A stretch of DNA of 32,953 nt from an uncultured euryarchaeote (GCA_937899865.1 CALBRH010000045.1:1-32953), one strand, 5' to 3'. Numbered from the stretch's first letter, positions 8,757 to 18,276 are shown. The notes: generated from the letters alone by a model not told the origin. Numbers and translations are program-made.

Positions 8757-9941
8757 TTGACAAAAGATTCAACACCGAAATTCAATCGCTTTGCGAGTAA
8801 AGCAGTGCATTCAGGCACCAATCATGTAGGCGATGCCGTCAACACACCAATTTTCCAATCCTCTACTTACAAATTAACCGACGAACGATATGCAGGATGG
8901 GCTGCAGGAGCCCATCATGCCTTGCTTTATACCAGAATTACTTCAGTGAATGCAGAAGCAGTAATCGACAAAATATGTGCTCTTGAAGGAGCGGAAGATG
9001 GAGAAGTATTTTCTTCAGGAATGGCGGCTATATCTTCGACATTGATGGCTTTACTGTCCGCAGGAGACCATATCGTGGCATCAGCAGATGTTTATGGTGG
9101 AACTTATGGATTGATGACCGAAGAATTTCCACGGTTTGGGATAGAGGTCACTATGGCAGATATGACTGATGTTACTTCTTATGAGGCAGCGATTCAGGCA
9201 AATACTAAGATTTTGTATATTGAAACATTAACCAATCCAGTACTCAAAGTCTGCGATGTTGAAGCCATGGCTGCTTTGGCCAAAAAGCACGGTTTGATCT
9301 GCGTTATCGACAACACATTCGCATCACCCTGGGCTTGTAATCCACTTTCAATGGGCGCAGATTTAGTAATTCATTCAACAACAAAATATCTTGGAGGGCA
9401 TTCAGATATTATCGGCGGTGCTGTTGTTGGTTCTAAAGAACACATTGAGAATATTTTCCATCGCAAGGTCCACTTTGGAGGTAATGCTGATCCTAACTCT
9501 TGTTTTTTGTTAGAGCGAGGAATGCGCACACTCCATGTTAGAATGCCACAAATCTGTGACAATGCAGCAGAATTGGCTAGACGCCTAGATGCCCATCCAA
9601 TGATTGAACGAGTAAATCATCCATCACTCTCGTCTCATCCTCAGTATGAAATTGCTCAAAGAATCATGCCCAAAGGAACAGGAATGATTGGCTTTGTCGT
9701 TAAAGGAGGCGATGACGCCGCACTCTCATTCATGCGTGGATTAAAGATGATTTACGAAGCAACAAGCCTGGGAGGAGTCGAATCATTGGTCGAATGCCCG
9801 TTTAATTCAAGCCACATGATGATTCCAGAGGATGTTAGGCATGCTGCCGGTTTGGTTCCAGGATATGTTCGTATGAGCATCGGAATCGAAGACATTGAAG
9901 ATTTATGGGCAGATATTGAACGAGGCTTTGCTAACGTTTGA
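8757..9941 (+). CDS. PLP-dependent Cys/Met metabolism enzyme (cystathionine gamma-lyase/synthase or methionine gamma-lyase family), TTG start
   Basis: Motifs PIFQSSTY, FSSGMAAI, VYGGT, IETLTNP, IDNTFASP, HSTTKYLGGHSD (PLP lysine) and SLGGVESL. GAGGGAG SD upstream. Confidence 0.92.
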   Translation: MTKDSTPKFNRFASKAVHSGTNHVGDAVNTPIFQSSTYKLTDERYAGWAAGAHHALLYTRITSVNAEAVIDKICALEGAEDGEVFSSGMAAISSTLMALLSAGDHIVASADVYGGTYGLMTEEFPRFGIEVTMADMTDVTSYEAAIQANTKILYIETLTNPVLKVCDVEAMAALAKKHGLICVIDNTFASPWACNPLSMGADLVIHSTTKYLGGHSDIIGGAVVGSKEHIENIFHRKVHFGGNADPNSCFLLERGMRTLHVRMPQICDNAAELARRLDAHPMIERVNHPSLSSHPQYEIAQRIMPKGTGMIGFVVKGGDDAALSFMRGLKMIYEATSLGGVESLVECPFNSSHMMIPEDVRHAAGLVPGYVRMSIGIEDIEDLWADIERGFANV

Positions 9942-9942
9942 G

Positions 9943-11691
9943 TTAAGCCTCACCGGTATCTTTTTTCAATTGAGCAAGTTGATTAAACCATTGTTCTTGC
10001 AGTTTTTTAACTTCATCACTAGAACAAGCAAGCAACTCTTTTCCGGTATCAAGCAGCGATTTAGTTGTACTCATCCACGCACTAGCTTTGTTTCTTGCGT
10101 CACTATCAAAATGCCACTCTTGTCCAGAGGAACGCTCAGCAGCAAGTAGCCATGCCCATGCAGCAGCAGCATCTGAAATAGACGAATGCCTCGATATAGC
10201 AACCCGCTCTGCTTTTCCTAAACCTTCCAACAGACCGATTCTTATCAAGTCAACAATATGTCCGCATGCACCTTCTAACTCACCAAGCTTGGTTGGAATT
10301 AAAGAAGATAGTTTGGCTTTTTCTCTAGCGCTATCAAGGCTTTTGAGGAATTTACCGAAAGGCTTTGGTTTGGTATTTTGTTTATGCCAAATTTCTTCAG
10401 ACTCTTCACCAACAATACCAATTTCTCCTAATGCATCAAGCCCAAATTCTTCCCATAAAACACCAAGGATGTCCCCGCAACTTGCCCCTTCAATAATTTC
10501 TAGTGAAGGTGTTTTTCTTTCAGAAGTTTCACCACGAGTATTTATTCGAAGCCCCATATCATCATCGAAGCCAGCACTATAACAAGCTAGCAAAATATGG
10601 GCAGCAAGATCTCTTTCATCACTTGAACCGGCAACATCCTCCAAAGCGCCCCTTATTTCTTCAAACGAATCTCCTTGATACCATTTAGCATTAATAATCA
10701 AACCTTCTTCAATAGAATCCAATACTGAACGCCTGATTGCTTGGGCAACGACCCCTTCATTCATGACTAAACCCTGCCAAGCATCAAGGATTTTTTCAAC
10801 ACCCTCTAACGCTTGTGATGGTAATACCTTATCTGTTGGCCAACCTTCAGGGATCCATTTTGCTTCAATATCTACAATCGAAGGTAAGAATGGCGGCAGC
10901 ATTGACAATGCAAGATGTTGAATAAATGAAGTATCTTTTTTATCACCAGATTCTAATTCATCGAAGCCGATGTATAGTGAAGGACCTTCCTTAAATGAAA
11001 AAGTGATACAAGCATTTGGCAGTAAACCATCTTTTATTTCTTCAAAATTAATACTATTTGTCAACCATATTTTTTTATCTTCAATAACTTCTTGTTTAAA
11101 ATCAAATCTTGAGCGTGAAACTACATCATCAACCCATTCAGTTGGTGGAGACGGTTTAGGACCAGTACAAACAAAACCCCCTTTCCAAGAGAAGAAATAC
11201 ATGCCACGCTTTGCGTGTTCTTCCCAAGGCAACATTCGAAGAGTGACGTTAGAGTAGTTCTGCAATCCAGCAAGATATCCTTGTTTCCCATCGCCTCTTC
11301 TGACGAAAGACGCTGAGCCAAACGATGAAGAAGAGAATTTGCCAACAGTGGTGAAATCTTCATCATGGCAAGCATGGAGAGACCCAGCAAATGCCTTGGC
11401 AACAGGGTCACCTCTCTTAGCCATCATTCGCTTTGACAACCATTTAGTATCGTACTTTTTGCTGATTATTTTATCTAATTCTTTCAGTGTTTTTGTAACA
11501 GGATCGGTTCTACCCCAGCGCATTTTACCTTTCCACAACATTTCTGGCAAATGTGCATTGGGATTTTCTAATAACTTAGTTAAATCTTTTTTCAATTTCT
11601 TTGCAGTTGCCTCATTAGCGTGCTTAGTACCTCTAAGTCTGACCTTCTGCCTTTTTTGCCCGGGAAACTCAACTTGTGCTGGTCGTGCCAT
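9943..11691 (-). CDS. Hypothetical protein, 582 aa, basic N-terminus
   Basis: Long uninterrupted ORF filling the space between flanking genes, with SD-like GAGGGG upstream. I recognise no family motif. Confidence 0.8.
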   Translation of the reverse strand: MARPAQVEFPGQKRQKVRLRGTKHANEATAKKLKKDLTKLLENPNAHLPEMLWKGKMRWGRTDPVTKTLKELDKIISKKYDTKWLSKRMMAKRGDPVAKAFAGSLHACHDEDFTTVGKFSSSSFGSASFVRRGDGKQGYLAGLQNYSNVTLRMLPWEEHAKRGMYFFSWKGGFVCTGPKPSPPTEWVDDVVSRSRFDFKQEVIEDKKIWLTNSINFEEIKDGLLPNACITFSFKEGPSLYIGFDELESGDKKDTSFIQHLALSMLPPFLPSIVDIEAKWIPEGWPTDKVLPSQALEGVEKILDAWQGLVMNEGVVAQAIRRSVLDSIEEGLIINAKWYQGDSFEEIRGALEDVAGSSDERDLAAHILLACYSAGFDDDMGLRINTRGETSERKTPSLEIIEGASCGDILGVLWEEFGLDALGEIGIVGEESEEIWHKQNTKPKPFGKFLKSLDSAREKAKLSSLIPTKLGELEGACGHIVDLIRIGLLEGLGKAERVAISRHSSISDAAAAWAWLLAAERSSGQEWHFDSDARNKASAWMSTTKSLLDTGKELLACSSDEVKKLQEQWFNQLAQLKKDTGEA

Positions 11692-11793
11692 AGTTTCCCC
11701 TCAAACCACCCAATCAAAGGTATGGTTTGAGTTCTTCGTGAGCCTGACCAAATCATGAAACACATTCATGATGCAGTTTATTGTCCCCCTAAC

Positions 11794-12639
11794 ATGGCTG
11801 AAGTCGTTTTACTTGGAATTGCCCAAGATGGCGGCAGACCACAACCCGGTTGCAACAAATCTTGCTGCATTGGACTATCTTTAGACGAGCATAGTTATCC
11901 AACCTCGCTTGGTATAATTGAACAGGATAAAATTCACATTATTGATGTAACAAGACAATTAGCAAACCAATTACAATTTTTAGAAAATCAAATTCCTAGC
12001 GATATCTGGCTTACTCATGCACACTTTGGACACGTTGATGGCTTAGGTTTGTTTGGCCGAGAAACAATAAATGCCAAAGGGATAAATCTCCACGTTTCCA
12101 AACAAATGATTGAGTTAATTAATCAAACACCACAATGGAAACTAATGATGGATCAAGGGGTATTTGTAATCGATGAAATAACCGATAACCAACCCAAAGA
12201 AAATTCCGAATTCATAATGACTCCCATATTAGTTCCACATCGAGCTGAACTATCCGATATGCATGCATTCATTTTACGCGGCGAGAATAAATCATTACTA
12301 TATCTGCCCGACCATGACACTTGGGAAGAGACTTTGGCTATGCACAATGCAGAGAATATTCGCCAATGGTTGAAGGATTTACAAATCGACGTTGCATTAA
12401 TCGATGGGACTTTTTGGTCAAGTGATGAACTAAAGGGACGAGCCCAAGAAAAAGTCCCCCATCCCCCAATCGAACAAACTCTTGAGATGTTGGGTTACAA
12501 ACAACAAGGCGACCCGGACATTTTCTTTTTCCACCTCAACCACACTAACCCAGTTTATGATGAATGGAGCGAACAACACACTCAAGTTGTAGAAATGGGC
12601 TGGAAGGTCGCAAAACAAGGGATGAAAATTTCGTTATAA
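11794..12639 (+). CDS. MBL-fold metallo-hydrolase, PqqB-like; start ATG 11794 (alternative 11755)
   Basis: Motifs LLGIAQDGGRPQPGC, LTHAHFGH, VPHRAELSD, YLPDHD, IDGTF, PHP and HLNHTNP. Confidence 0.82.
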   Translation: MAEVVLLGIAQDGGRPQPGCNKSCCIGLSLDEHSYPTSLGIIEQDKIHIIDVTRQLANQLQFLENQIPSDIWLTHAHFGHVDGLGLFGRETINAKGINLHVSKQMIELINQTPQWKLMMDQGVFVIDEITDNQPKENSEFIMTPILVPHRAELSDMHAFILRGENKSLLYLPDHDTWEETLAMHNAENIRQWLKDLQIDVALIDGTFWSSDELKGRAQEKVPHPPIEQTLEMLGYKQQGDPDIFFFHLNHTNPVYDEWSEQHTQVVEMGWKVAKQGMKISL

Positions 12640-12644
12640 TGGAT

Positions 12645-14726
12645 TCAAACCATAGTTATACTATAATCAAGCGTAATTAATTCCCATAAGTAAGAAACAT
12701 CTTCTCCGTCATCGCTAGTCTCTCTAAAGGGATCAATACAATCGCCTTTGTTAACATCAACAGAGATTTGAAGTGAATGGTCACCAAATCCTAGATAGTC
12801 CGGATTTTCTAACATGTTAATAATATCTGATTTACTCATGTTTGAGACAGTGGTGTCAAGTACACTCAAATTAGACCACAATAGCTGGAACATCTGTCCA
12901 GAAATTACTTCTTCAGTAACCTGTAAATCAGAATACATCAAATGTCCAGAAACACTATCATCAGCAGAACTACACCCTGCTGGCGCTTGCTCATCATCAG
13001 CATAGGTTAGAGTTGCTCTTACGCCAACGACATTCAACATCGAAAACTCCCCGTCTTCTTCAGGTCCACCAATATTCAACTCTATCGTAGTATCTTCACC
13101 ATCTAGAATATATTCATTATCCGATGCAATTTCGTAATATGTTAGGTTACCAGTTACTTCATAATCTCCAATTCTGTTAGCATTGTTTGCCCCATCTGGC
13201 GCAGAGACTAGGTAAGATCCTTCTATTGCTACTACAAAAGTCAAAAGAAAAGCCGCCCCCATCACTGAAATTTGTCGAGTTGGCATTTTATATCGGCCAA
13301 ACGGATTTGAACCAGACTCCTCTCTTTTCCAGCAGTAAGCGAAATGCACTGCAAAGGCTGCACCCATACCAGGAACTGATGGGAAGACATATTCGCCAAA
13401 GCCCAATAAAGTCCAAATCAAGACACCGAGCAATGCCGCAACCATCATTGAAATCGTATGTCGAGAATCTGGTTCATACCCCATCATTCTTATTAGAATA
13501 AGTGGGACAAAAATCCCCCCTAAACCATAAACTGCGAAGACAACTAAGGCAAATACCGAATCACCAAAACCAGGAAACAGTTGACCTACCAACGATATAC
13601 CGGTGGCAAATGCAGCGATTACAAGCGTGACTCCCTTGGTCTTCCCATGGTCTTGATTCCATTCAGGTTTGATATCATCAGTTATTGCCGCCGTACAGGC
13701 TAATACTTGACTGTCTGCAGTAGACATAGTGGCAGCAAAAATCGATGCTAAAATCACACCACCCAATATTGGATTTAGGCTTTGAGCGAGCAGAGGTAAA
13801 CCTTCTTCCGCATCCTCAGGAGCAAGTGTTCCATCGAAAATAGCACGGCACGCTAATCCTATCAAAAACATCAGAGCAATAAATGGAGTTTGCCAAACAA
13901 AGAACCACACCATTGCCTGCTTTCTATCTTTATCATCTTTCAAAGTCATAACCCGAGAAACAACTTGTGGTTGTCCAGCAACACCAAGTCCACCAAGGAA
14001 AAATGCCGCAATCCACAGGGTTGCGCCAAACTTTAGTCCAGAAGGGTAGATGTTTACCATAGCAGAATCTATAGTGGCCAACTCATTGTGAAGCCCCGAT
14101 AAGCCCCCGACTTTACTAAGGGCTACCAAGCAGAGAATGGTTGAGCCGATTATCATAACACAAGATTGCGCCGCATCTGTCCATATTGATGCTCGGATTC
14201 CTCCGGCGTAACAATAAGCAACGACCAACACAAAACCGATCATAATGCCAGTAGCTTCAGGCCATTCAAGCATCGAGTTCAATGCTACGCCACCAGCAGT
14301 CAATTGTGCAGCAGCATAAATTGCTAAGAAAAACACCGACAGTACTGCGGCAATTTTAGCTTCAGGTGCACCACTTTTACTTGACACCAAAGAAGATAAA
14401 GAGCGCAAATTTCTCTCATTCCCTTCTTTTTGAATATACTTGTAAAGCCAAATCCAGGCAACTAACTGACCGATTGTCGACACAAGAGCGATCCAAATTG
14501 CCGAATAGCCTTGCAAAAATATGAACCCAATAAATCCAATGAACATGTATCCTGAATTCCAAGTACTCACTGCCGAAAGTGCAGCAAGTGCAGGATGCAT
14601 ACCCCTGCCCGCGACAAGATAATCGTCTGTAGTATCTGTTTTGACCCACATTGAAGCGATACCAACACCGGCAAATATGCCCATGAAGAGCAAAAAGGAA
14701 AACAATATCAGCATATCCTCGGACAA
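12645..14726 (-). CDS. putP: Sodium:solute (proline-like) symporter with C-terminal soluble extension, 693 aa
   Basis: Motifs DDYLVAGR, GGIRASIWTD, GLGVAGQPQVVSRVM and AATMSTADSQVL. GGAGGAGTGA SD precedes TTG 14726. The substrate is not established. Confidence 0.85.
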   Translation of the reverse strand: MSEDMLILFSFLLFMGIFAGVGIASMWVKTDTTDDYLVAGRGMHPALAALSAVSTWNSGYMFIGFIGFIFLQGYSAIWIALVSTIGQLVAWIWLYKYIQKEGNERNLRSLSSLVSSKSGAPEAKIAAVLSVFFLAIYAAAQLTAGGVALNSMLEWPEATGIMIGFVLVVAYCYAGGIRASIWTDAAQSCVMIIGSTILCLVALSKVGGLSGLHNELATIDSAMVNIYPSGLKFGATLWIAAFFLGGLGVAGQPQVVSRVMTLKDDKDRKQAMVWFFVWQTPFIALMFLIGLACRAIFDGTLAPEDAEEGLPLLAQSLNPILGGVILASIFAATMSTADSQVLACTAAITDDIKPEWNQDHGKTKGVTLVIAAFATGISLVGQLFPGFGDSVFALVVFAVYGLGGIFVPLILIRMMGYEPDSRHTISMMVAALLGVLIWTLLGFGEYVFPSVPGMGAAFAVHFAYCWKREESGSNPFGRYKMPTRQISVMGAAFLLTFVVAIEGSYLVSAPDGANNANRIGDYEVTGNLTYYEIASDNEYILDGEDTTIELNIGGPEEDGEFSMLNVVGVRATLTYADDEQAPAGCSSADDSVSGHLMYSDLQVTEEVISGQMFQLLWSNLSVLDTTVSNMSKSDIINMLENPDYLGFGDHSLQISVDVNKGDCIDPFRETSDDGEDVSYLWELITLDYSITMV

Positions 14727-14730
14727 ATTC

Positions 14731-15609
14731 TCACTCCTCCTTTAACCATCGAAGTAGCGCCTTCTCTTCAACATCACTCGTAGATGCAGGGAATACTAGA
14801 CAATTCATTCGGCCACCTTGTAATTCGGATAAATCTGCAAGACTTGTGTAAATCATCTTTTGTTGACTTGTCCCCATATCGCTACACAAAACTACAGGCA
14901 AATCGCAACTTTCCAGAGCGATGAATTCTTCTAAAGACTGCTTTTTCAATCTAGCTAAATCATTATCAGTACTCATTTCTTCAATATTATCTTCTACCTT
15001 TTCAATCATTGATTTCATCGAAATGACTGCATCGGCAGGCGCCATGGGTTTCTGTTGGCCAGTTCCAGCACCTGTTGGATCAAGGTCTAGTAAAGCGAGA
15101 GTATGTTGGCCCATTTGTCGATTTAGAGCGATTACTTCGAGCGGAGAAGTAGCGACCCAGCCCGAATATGGGTATGTTAGAGTAGTTTGCCGACCAAATT
15201 TGTAATTTGACAATCCAATCGCACCAGTAACCAAATTAGTAATCGAAATACCGTGTATAACACTACAATTTATTCCCTGTTCAATAGCTTGTAATTGCAA
15301 GTCGATGTGAGTAGTAGCCTGTAACGGATCGCCAACAATCAACACCGCTACTAGGCTGTGCTTTGCTAGAGTTAGTATCTCATCAGGATTTTCTATTTCC
15401 GGTCTCATTACTTTTTCAATAGGGCCAATTATGCCTTCCAAAGAATTTAGTTCATCATCTGGCCAAAGAGCAGTGTATGCCTCATATCTTCGATAGTCAG
15501 CAGATTTAGCAACAGATATTGCTTCATTAGTCATTGAATCGACCGTACCCGGACCCATGCCAATTAGCATCAATCCTGTTTCTTTTGGATTAACCTCATC
15601 ATCCGCCAT
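14731..15609 (-). CDS. dph5: Diphthine synthase (diphthamide methyltransferase)
   Basis: Motifs LIGMGPG, YEAYT, GDPLQATTH, HGISI, GLSNYKFG and HTLALLD. Start ATG 15609 or 15615. Confidence 0.9.
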   Translation of the reverse strand: MADDEVNPKETGLMLIGMGPGTVDSMTNEAISVAKSADYRRYEAYTALWPDDELNSLEGIIGPIEKVMRPEIENPDEILTLAKHSLVAVLIVGDPLQATTHIDLQLQAIEQGINCSVIHGISITNLVTGAIGLSNYKFGRQTTLTYPYSGWVATSPLEVIALNRQMGQHTLALLDLDPTGAGTGQQKPMAPADAVISMKSMIEKVEDNIEEMSTDNDLARLKKQSLEEFIALESCDLPVVLCSDMGTSQQKMIYTSLADLSELQGGRMNCLVFPASTSDVEEKALLRWLKEE

Positions 15610-15646
15610 GCTCAAACCTCAGTGGTGCTTGGACAGGGCGAAGCGT

Positions 15647-16738
15647 ATGCGTCATTTGATAGTGCCGAGTGCAGATACTCAATATTGGCTTGATACAATT
15701 AAGTCCAATGGGTGGATCGAATCAGGGTTGGGAATTTTATCATTAGATGACGATATGAAAGCAATACCGCTTAACAAAACAGCCCCAGAAGAGATAGATT
15801 CAATTTGGCAAAATTTACCATTAATCGAACTTCCAAGAGAGGATAAATCAGCTAAACACTGGACTGATTTACTTGACCAAGAATTATATGATTCTCTCGA
15901 AGACTATTGGCCCAGGGCTTACGAGATAATTGGTGATGTTCTAATTGTGAAGTTAGAAGAAGAGGTTTACTCGCACCGAAAAGCGATTGCTGAGGCAATG
16001 CTTGAACAGATTCCAAACGTTCGTATTATATGCGCGGATAATGGAGTAGAAGGAGAATTCCGCGTCCGCAGCCTTTCCCCAATCCTCAGTAGAGATGGCA
16101 GCAATGAAACATTGACAACAATTAGAGAAAACGGCCAACAGATTTTGATTGACCCAACCAAGTCTTACTTTTCTTCAAGATTATCTAATGAACGCCAAGG
16201 AAATTTAGCAGCAGCTAAGCAACTATCGTCAACAGTTGGTCGAAAAATAACAGTTTGCGACCCGTATGCTGGAGTAGGGCCCTCAATGGCATGTTTGCTG
16301 AATAATCATGAGTTAATTGACTCGGTTTTAGTTGGTGATCTCAACCCTCAAGCGGTAGGATTACTTACACAAAATATTGAAAATTATCTTGCTCGAGTAG
16401 ATTCTAGAATTAATGCCACAATATTGTGTCAAGATGCGAGAATATGGAAAGATGATTCAAAATTCATGGGCGCAGTAGATTTTTTGTTAGTCAATCTTCC
16501 TCATGAGACATTGAATCATTTGTCCGATTTACTCCCTCTAATGAGAAAGGGCACACCCTCCCTTATCCGTGGCTGGGCGATTATTGATAGAGGGGTAGAA
16601 TCTTCAGTACAAGAGGAACTTGAAGCCCTATTATTGAGCAAAGGGGCTACTAATTTAGAATTAACTTGTCAGGAGATTAAGGGGTTTTCAGCGACTAAGA
16701 TATTTGTTAGAATAGAATCATGGCAAACCTTTGTTTGA
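15647..16738 (+). CDS. trm5: Trm5/Met-10+-family tRNA methyltransferase (m1G37 or wyosine-pathway paralog); probable start ATG 15647
   Basis: Motifs YEIIGDVLIV, VEGEFRVR, YFSSRLSNER, DPYAGVGP, DLNP and VNLPH. Confidence 0.82.
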   Translation: MRHLIVPSADTQYWLDTIKSNGWIESGLGILSLDDDMKAIPLNKTAPEEIDSIWQNLPLIELPREDKSAKHWTDLLDQELYDSLEDYWPRAYEIIGDVLIVKLEEEVYSHRKAIAEAMLEQIPNVRIICADNGVEGEFRVRSLSPILSRDGSNETLTTIRENGQQILIDPTKSYFSSRLSNERQGNLAAAKQLSSTVGRKITVCDPYAGVGPSMACLLNNHELIDSVLVGDLNPQAVGLLTQNIENYLARVDSRINATILCQDARIWKDDSKFMGAVDFLLVNLPHETLNHLSDLLPLMRKGTPSLIRGWAIIDRGVESSVQEELEALLLSKGATNLELTCQEIKGFSATKIFVRIESWQTFV

Positions 16739-16777
16739 AGCGTGTAATTGATGAATGACCAATGATTGGACTATATC

Positions 16778-16906
16778 ATGGGGACAGTAGTAAAGTGCGT
16801 TTGCGGAGTGTCGATTGACATTACAGGCGTAACTCCTCGGAAGAGTGGAACCAAAGTTTGGTGCCGCGTTTGTGGCGCAACCACGATCCACCACCATGAC
16901 AAGTGA
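16778..16906 (+). CDS. 42-aa putative zinc-finger microprotein (CxCG...CxxCG)
   Basis: Translated by hand: MGTVVKCVCGVSIDITGVTPRKSGTKVWCRVCGATTIHHHDK*. It fills the trm5-HAD gap and is below the ORF-track length cutoff. Confidence 0.72.
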   Translation: MGTVVKCVCGVSIDITGVTPRKSGTKVWCRVCGATTIHHHDK

Positions 16907-16947
16907 TTAGCGATTTATTCAAAGGCCGTGTTTTCTCACGACTTATT

Positions 16948-17367
16948 ATGGCTGATTTAGTTAAGGCAACTGATGAGCGAGGAATGACGGTATCTCCAGT
17001 ATTACCTGAAGACTGTAAAAATTTCCTCATCGATATAGATGGCACAATCTGTGAAGACATTCCAAATGAAGAACCTGAGCGAATGAAAACTGCTGAGTGT
17101 TATGATGGCGTAGTAGAACAGATCAATAAATGGTATGATGAAGGCCATCAAATATGCTTCTTTACAGCAAGAGCTGAAGAACACCGAGCAGTAACTGAAG
17201 AATGGCTGGCAAGGCATGGATTCAAATGGCATTCCTGCTTATTTGGCAAACCAAGAGGTGGTAATTATCATTGGATTGACAACCACATCGTTAGAGCGAC
17301 CAGATTTAACTCAAAGATGACAGATTTCATCAAAAAAATGGTTGAAGTTGAAGTGTTTGACGATTAG
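16948..17367 (+). CDS. Small capless HAD-superfamily phosphatase-like protein; probable start ATG 16948
   Basis: LIDIDGT (DxD motif I), FFTAR (motif II) and GKP (motif III). Confidence 0.8.
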   Translation: MADLVKATDERGMTVSPVLPEDCKNFLIDIDGTICEDIPNEEPERMKTAECYDGVVEQINKWYDEGHQICFFTARAEEHRAVTEEWLARHGFKWHSCLFGKPRGGNYHWIDNHIVRATRFNSKMTDFIKKMVEVEVFDD

Positions 17368-17401
17368 GATAAATCATAAACCAGTTTAATTATGATTTTT
17401 C

Positions 17402-18262
17402 ATGGAAACCGATAGCGCCACTATGGCAACTCACTATCGGCTCCCATTTTTTCTGCGGTTATCAGCTAAGGTGCTCAACATCGTGTCCAAATCGCTTACT
17501 ACGAAATTCCTCTGGAATATCTTTTCTGGACCAATAAAATTCAAACCTCATGCTAGAGAATTGGGGTTTTATGAAAAGGCAACAATGTCGATGATTAACA
17601 CATCATCGAACCGCAATATTGCGATATATCGGATTCCCAATGATGGCCGCAAAATACTTCTTGTCCATGGTTGGAATGGTAGATCTGGTCAATTTTCTAC
17701 GCTGATTGATAGATTATCAAAAGAGGGATTTGATATTACGGCAATTGATTTACCCGGACACGGGAAATCAGATAGCGGGCAAACCTCATTGCCACAAATA
17801 ACCGACGTATTAACGGAAATAGCCGAAAAACTCGGTCCGTTCGATGTGTTAATTACTCATTCATTTGGCGGCGTTGCTGCATTGAATTCAATAAGACTCG
17901 GCGCTAGTTATGATAAAATCGTCTTAATTTCACTAGGTGTTTATGAAATCCGACCGATGTTTGAGAACTTTGTAGGGCTATTTGGTCTGAATAAGGCATA
18001 TTACGCAGATAGATTATTTCAGCGAGTTAAAATTACATTTGGTGTAGATCCGACAGAATATGGGCCTGATAGATTTGCAGATAAGATAACGACTGAAACA
18101 CTACTAGTCCACTGTAATGATGACGCAGAATCAAAAAGTGAGATATCTGTTAATGTTAACGAGAAAATGCCACACTCACAACTCTATTTGACAAATAATC
18201 TCGGGCATAGAAAACTTCTCGGCGACGCTGCAGTAATCCAACGAATTACTGATTTTATCTAG
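17402..18262 (+). CDS. Alpha/beta hydrolase, 286 aa
   Basis: VHGWNG oxyanion motif, DLPGHG, THSFGG nucleophile elbow, HCNDD and LGH. Confidence 0.88.
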   Translation: METDSATMATHYRLPFFLRLSAKVLNIVSKSLTTKFLWNIFSGPIKFKPHARELGFYEKATMSMINTSSNRNIAIYRIPNDGRKILLVHGWNGRSGQFSTLIDRLSKEGFDITAIDLPGHGKSDSGQTSLPQITDVLTEIAEKLGPFDVLITHSFGGVAALNSIRLGASYDKIVLISLGVYEIRPMFENFVGLFGLNKAYYADRLFQRVKITFGVDPTEYGPDRFADKITTETLLVHCNDDAESKSEISVNVNEKMPHSQLYLTNNLGHRKLLGDAAVIQRITDFI

Positions 18263-18276
18263 CCTTTAGAAGAAAA

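Noticed and set aside
8757-9941. Specific call as methionine gamma-lyase
   Set aside because: It has YGGT rather than the YGCT typical of characterised MGLs; specificity cannot be assigned from the sequence.
15557-15646. 30-aa N-terminal extension of trm5 overlapping dph5
   Set aside because: It would overlap the opposite-strand dph5 start; ATG 15647 removes the overlap.
16948-17367. Phosphoheptose isomerase label often attached to similar proteins
   Set aside because: The motifs are HAD-type (DxDGT), with no SIS-fold features.
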